This document shows, one piece after another, positions 37,427-46,565 of a DNA stretch of 64,000 nucleotides. A program made the position numbers and the translations under genes. The DNA is from Candidatus Parcubacteria bacterium (GTDB lineage: Bacteria > Patescibacteriota > Minisyncoccia > Phycocordibacterales > CAIJYI01). A model generated the notes under the pieces. The model was not told where the DNA came from. It ran no database searches and saw nothing but the letters and a program-made list of their open reading frames with translations. Each line of letters opens with the position of its first letter. Position 1 is the first letter of the stretch. The stretch lies in the NCBI GenBank assembly GCA_026395595.1, contig JAPLYL010000004.1, forward strand, positions 8,086 through 72,085, read 5' to 3'.

Positions 37427-38803
37427 TTAAAAGCCGTCAAAATCTCCTCCGCCGGTAGCCATGCCTGCGGGCATGTTTTGATCAATATCAACAAAGGATG
37501 TTTTATCGCCGTCAAAGTAGAGGTCTACTTTTCCGGTGGCGCCGTTTCTGTGCTTTTCTATGAGTATTTCGGCGTTTTGCTTTTTACCCGCGCCGTCTTC
37601 ATTCTGCTCGCGATGAATGAATAAGACAACGTCCGCGTCCTGCTCAATAGATCCGGAATCGCGGAGGTCGGAGAGCCTCGGTTTGCCACCTCGCTGTTCA
37701 ACCGCACGGGAGAGCTGTGAGAGGGCAAGAACGGGAACATCAAGCTCTCTGGCGAGTCCTTTGAGACCACGGGAAATTTCGGTGACTTGCTGAACCATGT
37801 TATCTATATTTCGTCCCGCGCTCATGAGCTGGAGATAGTCCACGATAATCAGACCGAGCCCGTGTTCGCTTTTAATGCGCCGTGCCGTAGACCTCATTTT
37901 TATAATCGTATTTCCCGCCTGGTCATCAATGAATATCGGCGCTTTTTGTAGACGTCCCATAGCGTCACGGATATGAGAAAATTCATCGTCGGAAGTAATT
38001 TTTCCTGTTCGGATTTTCCATGAGTCTACTTGTGACTCAGCGGAGAGCATACGGTCAACGAGCTGTTGCGCACTCATTTCCAATGAAAAAATACAAATGG
38101 GAACACCCGAAAGAGCAGACTTTCTTGCGATGTCCAAAGCGAGTGATGTTTTTCCCATGGAGGGACGGGCAGCAAGAATGATAAGGTCGGACTTTTGAAA
38201 ACCGGCGAGCTTCGCGTCCAATCCTTTGAACCCGGTGGGTATTCCGCGCAATTCTTCTTTTGATTTTGTTAGACGATCAAGACGATCCCATGCGTCGTTG
38301 AGGGTATCCTTCATGCTGACATATTTCTGATTGGAGAGCATGGAAGTTACCGCGAAGATTTCCTTTTCGGAGTGATCAAGCGTTGTTTCTAATTCTTCCG
38401 CTTCGTTGTAGCCATATTCTGAAACGCGATTGGAAGCATCTATGAGATTGCGAAGCACGTATTTTTTTTGCACGACGTCGGCGTAATGTTTTGCGTTGGC
38501 GGAGGAAGGAACGGAATTGACCAACTCGGCGAGATACGAACTCGCGCCGATACTTTCCAAAAGATTTTTGTCTTTGAGTGCATTGGAAAGAGTAAGAAGG
38601 TCAATCGGCTCATGCTTGCCGAAGAGATCCATAATGGCGTTGAAGATAATCCGATGCTTTTCTGCATAGAAAGATTCATGACGGAGGATATCCATAATAT
38701 CGTACAAAGCTTCCGGTCGGAGCATAATGGAACCGAGCAATGCCTTTTCGGATTCAATGCTTTGTGGCGGTATTCTAAACGTGCTGTTTTTGTTCTGTGA
38801 CAT
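37427..38803 (-). CDS. dnaB: Replicative DNA helicase
   Basis: PPQSIESE, AARPSMGKT, VDYLQL, LSQLSR, DLRDSGSIEQDAD, KHRNG. Confidence 0.98.
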   Translation of the reverse strand: MSQNKNSTFRIPPQSIESEKALLGSIMLRPEALYDIMDILRHESFYAEKHRIIFNAIMDLFGKHEPIDLLTLSNALKDKNLLESIGASSYLAELVNSVPSSANAKHYADVVQKKYVLRNLIDASNRVSEYGYNEAEELETTLDHSEKEIFAVTSMLSNQKYVSMKDTLNDAWDRLDRLTKSKEELRGIPTGFKGLDAKLAGFQKSDLIILAARPSMGKTSLALDIARKSALSGVPICIFSLEMSAQQLVDRMLSAESQVDSWKIRTGKITSDDEFSHIRDAMGRLQKAPIFIDDQAGNTIIKMRSTARRIKSEHGLGLIIVDYLQLMSAGRNIDNMVQQVTEISRGLKGLARELDVPVLALSQLSRAVEQRGGKPRLSDLRDSGSIEQDADVVLFIHREQNEDGAGKKQNAEILIEKHRNGATGKVDLYFDGDKTSFVDIDQNMPAGMATGGGDFDGF

Positions 38804-38909
38804 GCTGTTATTGTATCACGCGGGCGGGAAGTGGTGGAACTTCAAAAAGCGTGGTAAAAGGGGAGAAATTGTGGACAAAAAAAAGGCCCGATAAAGGGCC
38901 TCTTTGTCA

Positions 38910-39314
38910 TCACTTTATGTGATGTGAATGTGTGATGTATTTTTTGACGTTTTCCATCAATCTCCAATCCCCGGAAAGAATGGACTCGTAAAAATGCAGA
39001 GAATCGTAAGGGGCTTGTTTCTCAATGAATTTGTATTCGTGACAAACTACCTCAAGTCCCAATTGATACTTTTGGCAAAAATAGTCAAGAACGGAAAAAT
39101 GGAGCTGACGCCAACCGTATTCGTTGCGCGTGTATACCAGTTTCCATAATTCTTTTTCCACATTTCCGGTTCCAAGGATTTTGATTTTTATTTCCGAATT
39201 GTCGGGGCCTAAAAATAAGATCCTGAAATTTTCCAGCGGATTTTGAATGGCAAAACCCTCTTTTTCCTGTTTTTCAACAGCCGATGATGTCTGTAAAAAC
39301 CCATGTTGTTTCAT
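38910..39314 (-). CDS. Hypothetical protein
   Basis: ORF with SD AGGAGG before ATG 39314; hairpin at 38881-38903. Confidence 0.55.
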   Translation of the reverse strand: MKQHGFLQTSSAVEKQEKEGFAIQNPLENFRILFLGPDNSEIKIKILGTGNVEKELWKLVYTRNEYGWRQLHFSVLDYFCQKYQLGLEVVCHEYKFIEKQAPYDSLHFYESILSGDWRLMENVKKYITHSHHIK

Positions 39315-39470
39315 AACAAAGTACCTCCTTTTTATTGCGAATGTTTCTTTTATAAAGATTAGGTCAAAAAACAAGGCATGTCAAATAAAGAGCACATGAA
39401 AGACTAATGCTCTATAAAGCCATATTTTGTGCATTAAAAAAAGAAAATTGAAAAAAACTTGCAAAAATGC

Positions 39471-39498
39471 TTGACAAATAATTATAAAGGTGTATAAT
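39471..39498 (+). promoter_or_regulatory. Consensus sigma70 promoter
   Basis: TTGACA-16 bp-TATAAT. Confidence 0.75.
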
Positions 39499-39504
39499 AT
39501 AATT

Positions 39505-39665
39505 ACAATAAAGGACAACGAACTCCTTATTTGTCAGAGAGAAAGTAGAATAGAAATATAAAAGGTACGAACAGATAGAGTAAGTGGACGCCAGTGCGCA
39601 CTATCACATACTCCGTTAGAGGAATTCTGCTCTCGTCAACCGGTTAGTGGATTGTCCTTGTGTGA
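39505..39665 (+). ncRNA. 6S-RNA-like rod-shaped ncRNA candidate
   Basis: AAGGACAA/TTGTCCTT closing stem, GAGAG..GTAGAAT/ATTCTGCTCTC, A-rich central bubble, GAGTAAGTG/CACATACTC terminal stem; terminator at 39683-39710. Confidence 0.5.
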
Positions 39666-39771
39666 GAATCCCCCAACCAAACCACCCCTTGCTTCGGCTG
39701 GGGGTGTTTTAATTTGCAGATTTTTATAGACTTGTTTCAAAAACTTTGGTATCATTGGTTCACTCTCTATC

Positions 39772-39842
39772 GGGCCTATGGTCTAGTGGTACGACACGTC
39801 ATTCGCATTGACGAAACGGGAGTCCGATTCTCCCTAGGTCCA
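39772..39842 (+). tRNA. tRNA-Ala (anticodon CGC)
   Basis: Acceptor GGGCCTA/TAGGTCC with G3:U70; anticodon arm CGTCA-TTCGCAT-TGACG; CCA not encoded. Confidence 0.9.
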
Positions 39843-39913
39843 CAAGAAAAATCGCTTCGGCGATTTTTTTTGTGGAAAAAAAGACCCGCAGAGCATGCGG
39901 GTCTTTTGCATTT

Positions 39914-40942
39914 TTAGAAGAAAATGCGAACGCGGGTCATTATGGCGTTGTCGGTTATTTCCGGGCCTTGCGTTGTTTTTGTGTTTGAATGAGAAAGGTT
40001 AATGGAGACAGAAGAACCTCCGAATCGGCCGTATCCGCCTTCTTTTGGAAGGATTAAGCTTGGTCCGGCGGAATAGCTGGTGTAGTCAGTATCTCCAACC
40101 GTTTTATTGAACATTCCCATGACACGAAGATCAAGTTTGTGGCCTTCCATACTCCAGAGTTTGTAGTCGGCGAGTACGTACCCTCCATTGCCGATACTCG
40201 TTTTTCCTCCTCGCGGATGTTCGTCGCTTCGGTAGATGCCGCCGTAGAGATCAAAGTCTTTTGTCGCTCGGTACATGGCGCCAAAAGCGATTCTTTGCGA
40301 TTCATTGCTCCATTGATTTGAAACCGATAATTGCAACTTTGGTCGTCCTGTTTCGTTATCTTTTACCGCATCCCAGATAAGACGTTGTGAAGTTTCTGTC
40401 CGATCAAATCTTTTTGGGTCATTAAACGCAGGGCCGGTTGCTCCCGTTATATCTCCGACAAAAGTAAGGCTGGGCATAATTTTTGTTTCAAATTGTATGC
40501 CGTAACCGAAAGGTTGGAACGGGTTATTTGGACTTTCAATAGAGATAGCCATAAAGGCAGGAGGAAGATATAACCCGCCGGCAGTTATGAGTGATCCCGC
40601 GCGAACTGTCGTATTGGAAAAAAAGTTTCCGATCAACCCTTCTTTTCCGAAATTATATCCGACCCAAGCTTGGGTTATATAGTTGGCCGGAATACGACTG
40701 TCCAAACCAGAAAGGTCATTCTCCATAAAAAACGAGAATTTTTTATAGGTACAGCTGGTGCGTGCGCGGATAGGGGCTCCCATAAAATCTTGTTCTGGGC
40801 CGACCGTAAAACTGGCATATCCCCAGATGGAACATTGCGCGTCTCCCGATTTGAAAAACGGTTCGTTTTGATCATTGGCAAAAGCCGAAGATGAAAAGAG
40901 AAACGCAAGCAGGAAACTTATTGCGATTTTTTTAAGAGCCAT
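39914..40942 (-). CDS. Secreted porin-like beta-barrel candidate
   Basis: Signal peptide (AFA), amphipathic beta-strands, QAWVGY and TVRAG pattern, C-terminal RIFF; SD AAAGGAGG. Confidence 0.55.
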   Translation of the reverse strand: MALKKIAISFLLAFLFSSSAFANDQNEPFFKSGDAQCSIWGYASFTVGPEQDFMGAPIRARTSCTYKKFSFFMENDLSGLDSRIPANYITQAWVGYNFGKEGLIGNFFSNTTVRAGSLITAGGLYLPPAFMAISIESPNNPFQPFGYGIQFETKIMPSLTFVGDITGATGPAFNDPKRFDRTETSQRLIWDAVKDNETGRPKLQLSVSNQWSNESQRIAFGAMYRATKDFDLYGGIYRSDEHPRGGKTSIGNGGYVLADYKLWSMEGHKLDLRVMGMFNKTVGDTDYTSYSAGPSLILPKEGGYGRFGGSSVSINLSHSNTKTTQGPEITDNAIMTRVRIFF

Positions 40943-41064
40943 GAGCCCTCCTTTTTAGTGAAGTTGCTTTGATATTCTGTTGTGTACTATAATAGATGTT
41001 TTGTTAAAAGTCAAATTATTTTCCCTCCACAAAAAGTTCTTCTTGGTGTATTCTAAAGAGTATC

Positions 41065-41640
41065 ATGCATTCGTTATTTATTTCCTCTTTAATTTTTTGG
41101 AAACCGCTTGGTTATACGCTGACGTTCTTCGCTTTAATGATAGAAGGAGATGCGACCTTGTTTGCCGCCGCTTTTCTTACGAGCGAGGGCTTTTTTGATA
41201 TCGGCGACATGCTGGTTATCGCGATTCCGGCAGTTATCATCGGCGATATTGTTTGGTATTTTTTAGGTAGGAATGGTATTTCTAAATTTCCGAAATTGAA
41301 AGCGTGGGCGGATAATTTTGCAAAGCCGGTTGATCGGCATCTTACCGATCGGACGTTTCAGACGCTTTTGATTACCAAATTTACCTACGGCGCCCATCAC
41401 GCGATACTTCTTCGCGCGGGTATGTCTCGGATACATTTCCGAAAATTCATAAAAAATGATATCTTGGCGGTCAGTGTTTGGTTTCCCGTCATTTGGTCTT
41501 TGGGGTACTTTTCCAGCATTTCTCTCGTCTTCATACGAAGGTCTTTGCGTTTTGCGGAGGTGTCTCTCTTAATCGGTCTCGTCCTCTTCTTCGGAATCCG
41601 TTATCTTGCGCGCAAACGAATGCAAAAAGATCTCCGTTAA
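41065..41640 (+). CDS. DedA/VTT family membrane protein
   Basis: IEGD, IIGD..WY.LGR, KF.YG, AG...F.KF. Confidence 0.85.
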   Translation: MHSLFISSLIFWKPLGYTLTFFALMIEGDATLFAAAFLTSEGFFDIGDMLVIAIPAVIIGDIVWYFLGRNGISKFPKLKAWADNFAKPVDRHLTDRTFQTLLITKFTYGAHHAILLRAGMSRIHFRKFIKNDILAVSVWFPVIWSLGYFSSISLVFIRRSLRFAEVSLLIGLVLFFGIRYLARKRMQKDLR

Positions 41641-41703
41641 ATTATTTATTGCTTTTTCTCTTTAATGGTTTTATGATAGCTGTTACTATTTAATTTCATT
41701 TTT

Positions 41704-43014
41704 ATGGGCCATCAAAATACGGCAGGATCGGAACCGAAGAAATTTCTTTTTATCAGTGTAGAGGCTCTCGCCGTTGACCTCGCATGGCAGTTGGCGAAAG
41801 AAGGGAACGAAGTGAAAATGTATATCCGCGATAATGCCTCAAAAGACATTGCGGACGGGTTTGTTGAAAAAGTGGACGAATGGGCCACTTTTGTTGACTG
41901 GGCGGATGTGATTGTGATTGATAGTTGCGGACGAGGAGCCCTCGCTGATGACTTGCGTCGAAAAGGGAAACTCGTTGTCGGCGGAAGCGTCTATTCAGAC
42001 AAATTGGAAATGGATCGCGAGTTCGGACAGGAAGAAATGAAAAAAGCCGGCATGACGGTTTTGCCTCACTGGGAATTTGATGATTTTGACGAAGGCATTC
42101 AATTCATAGAAACGCACCCGATGCGTTATGTGTTTAAACCTTCCGGCGAAGAAACTTTGGACTGGTATCTCAAGAGCTTGCTTTTTCTCGGACAAGAAGA
42201 AGACGGCAAAGACATTCTCGCCGTTTTGAAGCACAACAAAGACAGTTGGTCGCAGAAGATAAAACAATTTCAATTGCAGAAATTCGCTACCGGCATTGAA
42301 GTGGCGGTCAGCGCTTTTTTTAATGGAAATGATTTTGTGTATCCGATTAATGTTAACTTTGAACACAAAAAATTATTCTCCGGAGATATCGGGCCGTACA
42401 CCGGAGAAATGGGGACCCTCATGTACTGGGACGATACGAATAATCTTTTCAAGTCCACTTTGTTCCGCATGCGCGATCGGCTTCACGAAAGTAAATATGT
42501 CGGCTGCATAGATATCAATTGCATTGTCAACGGAAAGGGAATTTATCCGCTCGAATTTACGACGCGTTTCGGCTATCCGACTATCAGCATTATGATAGAG
42601 GGGATTCAAAGCCCGTGGGGAGAATTTTTGTACGCGCTGGCTAAAGGAGAAAAATATAAACTCAAAACACACAAAGGCTTTCAGGTAGGGATTGTTATTG
42701 CTACTCCGCCGTTTCCTTATTACGACAAGGAACAATTCAAAATGTACAAAGATACTTCCATTATTTTCAAAAAACCGAATTTTAACGGGATTCATCTTGG
42801 TGATGTGAAGCTGGTGGATAATGACTGGAAACTGACCGGTGATGCGGGCTATGCGCTTATCGTAACCGGTTCGGATAATACGGTTGAGGGGGCGAGGAAA
42901 GAAGCGTACCACCGCATTGATAACATCATTTTGCAGAATATGTTTTATCGTACCGATATTGGCTCAAAGTGGGGGAAAGAGAGCGACGAACTGCAAGCAT
43001 GGGGACTGCTGTAA
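41704..43014 (+). CDS. PurD-like (phosphoribosylamine-glycine ligase-like) ATP-grasp enzyme
   Basis: LEMDR, EHKK...GP.TGEMG, LEF..RFG.P, YRTDIG; atypical N-terminus. Confidence 0.75.
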   Translation: MGHQNTAGSEPKKFLFISVEALAVDLAWQLAKEGNEVKMYIRDNASKDIADGFVEKVDEWATFVDWADVIVIDSCGRGALADDLRRKGKLVVGGSVYSDKLEMDREFGQEEMKKAGMTVLPHWEFDDFDEGIQFIETHPMRYVFKPSGEETLDWYLKSLLFLGQEEDGKDILAVLKHNKDSWSQKIKQFQLQKFATGIEVAVSAFFNGNDFVYPINVNFEHKKLFSGDIGPYTGEMGTLMYWDDTNNLFKSTLFRMRDRLHESKYVGCIDINCIVNGKGIYPLEFTTRFGYPTISIMIEGIQSPWGEFLYALAKGEKYKLKTHKGFQVGIVIATPPFPYYDKEQFKMYKDTSIIFKKPNFNGIHLGDVKLVDNDWKLTGDAGYALIVTGSDNTVEGARKEAYHRIDNIILQNMFYRTDIGSKWGKESDELQAWGLL

Positions 43015-43125
43015 AAGCAAAAAGAAAAAAGGAAAAAGAAAAAAGGTGACAGATACTCATTGTTCGATTCTGTCTTTTTGTCGGGGGTTTTTCGGGGGTT
43101 TTTTTATTATCCGTTTTTTGTTACA

Positions 43126-44106
43126 ATGACCGATATGACAAAGAAAATTTTAATTTCGGGGGTGAAGCCTACCGGGAGGCCTCATATTGGCAACTACTTC
43201 GGCGCGATGAAGCAATTTGTGGATTTGCAGGATGAATACGAGGCGCGTATTTTTATTGCCGATTATCATGCGATTACAACGGTGCAGAACGCGGAACAGC
43301 TTTCTCGTCATACGATTGATATGGCGCTTGATTATCTTGCTATCGGAATTGATCCCGTGAAAACTCTTCTTTTCAAACAATCTGATATTCCGGAGGTCTG
43401 CGAACTCGGCTGGATCTTTAATTGCATTACTACCATGCCGTTTTTGATGCGTGCTCATGCGTACAAAGATGCCGAAGCAAAAAACAAAGAGATTAATGTG
43501 GGGGTCTTTGATTATCCGATTTTAATGGCTGCCGATATTCTTGTGCAGAATGCCGATGTTGTCCCTGTGGGACAAGACCAAAAACAACATGTGGAATATG
43601 CGCGCGATATTGCCGAAAAATTTAATCGTACTTTTGGCGATATTTTCAAATTGCCTAACGCTCTTATCTACGAAAACGTGAAAACCGTCGTCGGCACGGA
43701 CGGACAGAAAATGAGTAAGAGTTATGGCAATACCATTCCGCTTTTTGCAACCGATGAGGAAATTCAAAAAGCCGTTATGGGAATACCGACTAATTCGCAG
43801 GGAGTAGCGGAGCCGAAAGATCCTGATACCGATAACATCTTCGCTTTTCATAAATTGTTTGCCGATGAAAAAGAGATTACGGAAATAGAAAAACGATATA
43901 GAGAGGGAGGGTTAGGGTATAAGGAATCAAAAGATATTCTTATTGCCAACATGAAAAGGTTTATCTCTCCGCTCCGAGAAAAAAGAGAAGAATTTGCAAA
44001 AGACGAAGAAATGATCAGAAGTATTCTTAGAGAAAACGGAAAGAAAGCGCGAGAACTGGCACACCAGAAAATGGAAGAAGTGAGGAAAGCGGTGGGAATA
44101 GTGTAA
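43126..44106 (+). CDS. trpS: Tryptophan--tRNA ligase
   Basis: HIGN, YPILMAADI, VPVGQDQKQH, KMSKS. Confidence 0.97.
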   Translation: MTDMTKKILISGVKPTGRPHIGNYFGAMKQFVDLQDEYEARIFIADYHAITTVQNAEQLSRHTIDMALDYLAIGIDPVKTLLFKQSDIPEVCELGWIFNCITTMPFLMRAHAYKDAEAKNKEINVGVFDYPILMAADILVQNADVVPVGQDQKQHVEYARDIAEKFNRTFGDIFKLPNALIYENVKTVVGTDGQKMSKSYGNTIPLFATDEEIQKAVMGIPTNSQGVAEPKDPDTDNIFAFHKLFADEKEITEIEKRYREGGLGYKESKDILIANMKRFISPLREKREEFAKDEEMIRSILRENGKKARELAHQKMEEVRKAVGIV

Positions 44107-44528
44107 AAGCAAAAAGAATAAAGCAAAAAGGAAAAAGGGAAAGGACGTCGTCGTCCGTCCGCCGGGCCGAGTCCGCCAGCTGGCGGACTCGGCCCGGAAT
44201 GTTTGGATGACTCTCTCCGGTTCGGGGTTGTACCCCGAACCGGAACGTTTGGATAACATAATAAAGTTTGTTTAAAAAAAGAACCTCGTCTGGTCACACA
44301 AACGTTCCGGAACGGGGTGAGGAATGGGTAGGGACCCCTTCCGTAAAACCTTTTGAGAGATTTTATGAGGTGAGAGATGGGATGGGACCCATCTTGTAAA
44401 ACCTTCTTTAGATATTTTGTGAGGTACGAACAAAAATATCAAAAAGGTGTACTGCTTCTGTAAGGAGAAACCCCGCTCCGGCGGTACGTCGTCGTCCCTT
44501 TTTTCTTGTTGCTTATTCCTTTTTCCTT
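44105..44528. mobile_element. Nested composite of small non-autonomous repeats (heptamer arms, 36-bp palindrome, REPIN-like unit, ~53-bp tandem insert)
   Basis: Inverted heptamer arms; palindrome 44162-44197; REPIN-like unit homologous to 48907-49030; insert at 44320-44467. Confidence 0.6.
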
Positions 44529-44619
44529 CATTCTCCACTTGAAGGTGTTGCATTTTTCCTATTATCGTGGCATACTACTCTCGGTACAAATTGGTACTTT
44601 TTTATTTGAGGAGATTCTC

Positions 44620-44718
44620 ATGTTTTATACTTTGTCATTGGTGGTTATTGCCGTTGCTGTTGTTATCTTGTTTTGGTGGATTTCTTCCGTTCAAGAAAAA
44701 AATAACGGCCCCTTCTAA
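44620..44718 (+). CDS. 32-aa single-TM small protein
   Basis: MFYTLSLVVIAVAVVILFWW...; SD GAGGAG; TTGCAT-17-CATACT promoter; terminator at 44726-44756. Confidence 0.55.
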   Translation: MFYTLSLVVIAVAVVILFWWISSVQEKNNGPF

Positions 44719-44788
44719 ATACTTCATGCGCTCGTCTCTATGACGGGCGCATTTTTGCATATTTTTTAAAATGTGCTACAATCTTTTT

Positions 44789-44932
44789 ACAAGCGTTGAC
44801 GTCACTAACAAGACCGAGCTTGAAGCAAAAGAGGGGTCATGCAAGTCATGACAAGTATGGTGGCACCGCGAGTAACATCGTCCATACAAGTGAATTTACG
44901 GAAGTAAGTTCGTTTGTATGGGCGATTTTTTG
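44789..44932 (+). promoter_or_regulatory. Ultrashort transcriptional T-box riboswitch upstream of aspS
   Basis: Antiterminator TATGG-[TGGCACC]-GCGA-gtaaca-TCGT-CCATA; competing terminator ATCGTCCATACAA/TTGTATGGGCGAT-TTTTT; stem III GTCATG/CATGAC. Confidence 0.85.
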
Positions 44933-45058
44933 TCTCATGTAAATAGAGTAAAATAGCCCCAAGGTCTCTCCTTTCCCCGTCACTCCGCTTCGCTACGTTC
45001 CTCCTTAAGGAAAGACCTTGCAATGCGATATGTAATAATTAAGTATAAATAAACGATT

Positions 45059-46459
45059 ATGAAAAACAGAATATATATAAAAGATTTGAGCGAGCATAAA
45101 GGAGAGGAAGTGAAGATTGCTTGCTTTGTGGATGTTCGTCGCGATCAGGGGAAACTCGTTTTCTTTGATTTTCGCGATGTAAGCGGAAGAGTTCAAGGAG
45201 TAATCTTGCCGAACAATAAAGAAGCGCACGAAGTCGCGACACCTATTCGTACCGAGTGGGTGCTGGAAGTTACCGGAAAAGTAAACCCTCGTCCGGAAAA
45301 AAATGTTCAGGCAGACAAACAGAACGGCGATATTGAATTGGAAATTCTCGGAATAAAAGTTTTGAACAGTGCGGAAACCGTTCCTTTTGATGTTACTTCC
45401 GACGGACACGAAATCGGCGAAGAAAATCGTTTGAAATACCGTTATCTTGATCTGCGACGCGACCGAATGCAGAGAAATCTCCGCGCCAGACATGCGGTGA
45501 TACAGCACGCCCGTGATTTTCTTTCGCAAAAAGGTTTTATTGAAGTGGAAACGCCGATCCTCACCAAATCCACCCCGGAAGGCGCCCGCGATTATGTTGT
45601 GCCGTCACGAGTGTCCCAAGGAAAATTCTATGCGCTTCCTCAGTCTCCTCAACAATACAAACAACTTCTGATGGTGGGAGGTGTGGAAAAATATTTTCAG
45701 GTGGCGCGATGTATGAGAGATGAAGATACTCGTGGGGACCGACAGCCGGAATTCACTCAGTTGGATATGGAAATGGCCTTTGCCGAGGAGGAAGATATTA
45801 TCTCTTTGAATGAAGCGCTCTTGATTGAAATCGTAGAAAAAAATTATCCTCACAAAAAAATACAGCAGATTCCTTTTCCGAGAATTACCTATAAAGAGTC
45901 TATGGAGAAATACGGTACTGACCGACCGGATGTCCGAGAGAATAAGGATGATCCGAATCTGCTCGCTTTCTGCTGGGTGATAGATTTTCCTTTCTTTGAA
46001 AAAACAGAGGAAGGCGGGTGGACATTCACGCACAACCCTTTCTCCGCTCCGAAATCGGATGACATGGAAAAAATTATGGAGAAGAAGGAAATTGGAAGCA
46101 TCATCGCTACTCAATACGATATTGCCCTCAACGGTTTTGAAATCGGAGGCGGAAGCATTCGCAATCATCGTCCTGAAGCATTGGTGAAGGTTTTGGAAAT
46201 ACTGGGGCATGAAGAAGAAAAGATCAAAGAAAATTTCGGACACATGCTCTCCGCATTTTCTTACGGAGCGCCTCCACACGGCGGTATTGCTTGGGGTTTG
46301 GATCGGCTCTTGATGCTCTTGCAGGGAGAAGACAGTATTCGCGAAGTTATTGCTTTCCCGAAGACCGGCGAAGGAAGAGACTTGATGATGAATGCCCCTT
46401 CGGAGATAGAGGAAAAACAGCTCAAAGAACTGGGGATACATTTCCGACCGCAGAAATAA
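45059..46459 (+). CDS. aspS: Aspartate--tRNA ligase (short, lacks GAD insertion domain)
   Basis: RLKYRYLDLR, TPEGARDY, LPQSPQ, RQPEFTQLD, GGGSIR, PPHGG, VIAFPKT. Confidence 0.96.
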   Translation: MKNRIYIKDLSEHKGEEVKIACFVDVRRDQGKLVFFDFRDVSGRVQGVILPNNKEAHEVATPIRTEWVLEVTGKVNPRPEKNVQADKQNGDIELEILGIKVLNSAETVPFDVTSDGHEIGEENRLKYRYLDLRRDRMQRNLRARHAVIQHARDFLSQKGFIEVETPILTKSTPEGARDYVVPSRVSQGKFYALPQSPQQYKQLLMVGGVEKYFQVARCMRDEDTRGDRQPEFTQLDMEMAFAEEEDIISLNEALLIEIVEKNYPHKKIQQIPFPRITYKESMEKYGTDRPDVRENKDDPNLLAFCWVIDFPFFEKTEEGGWTFTHNPFSAPKSDDMEKIMEKKEIGSIIATQYDIALNGFEIGGGSIRNHRPEALVKVLEILGHEEEKIKENFGHMLSAFSYGAPPHGGIAWGLDRLLMLLQGEDSIREVIAFPKTGEGRDLMMNAPSEIEEKQLKELGIHFRPQK

Positions 46460-46485
46460 AACTATCTCCAATTAATACTTTTCAC

Positions 46486-46565
46486 ATCGTCATTCCGGCC
46501 TGTGAGCCGGAATCCATGTTTAGTGCACATACTCTGGATCCCGGGTCGCAGCCCGGGATGACGAT
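46486..46565. repeat. RPE/dRS3-like palindromic element
   Basis: GTCATTCCGGC..GCCGGAATCC...GGATCCCGGG..CCCGGGATGAC; half copy at 59528-59556. Confidence 0.7.

Noticed and set aside
43015-43125. T-box before trpS
   Set aside because: No GGTGGNACC motif or antiterminator
44320-44467. Possible CRISPR array
   Set aside because: Only two degenerate ~53-bp tandem units, no unique spacers, no cas genes
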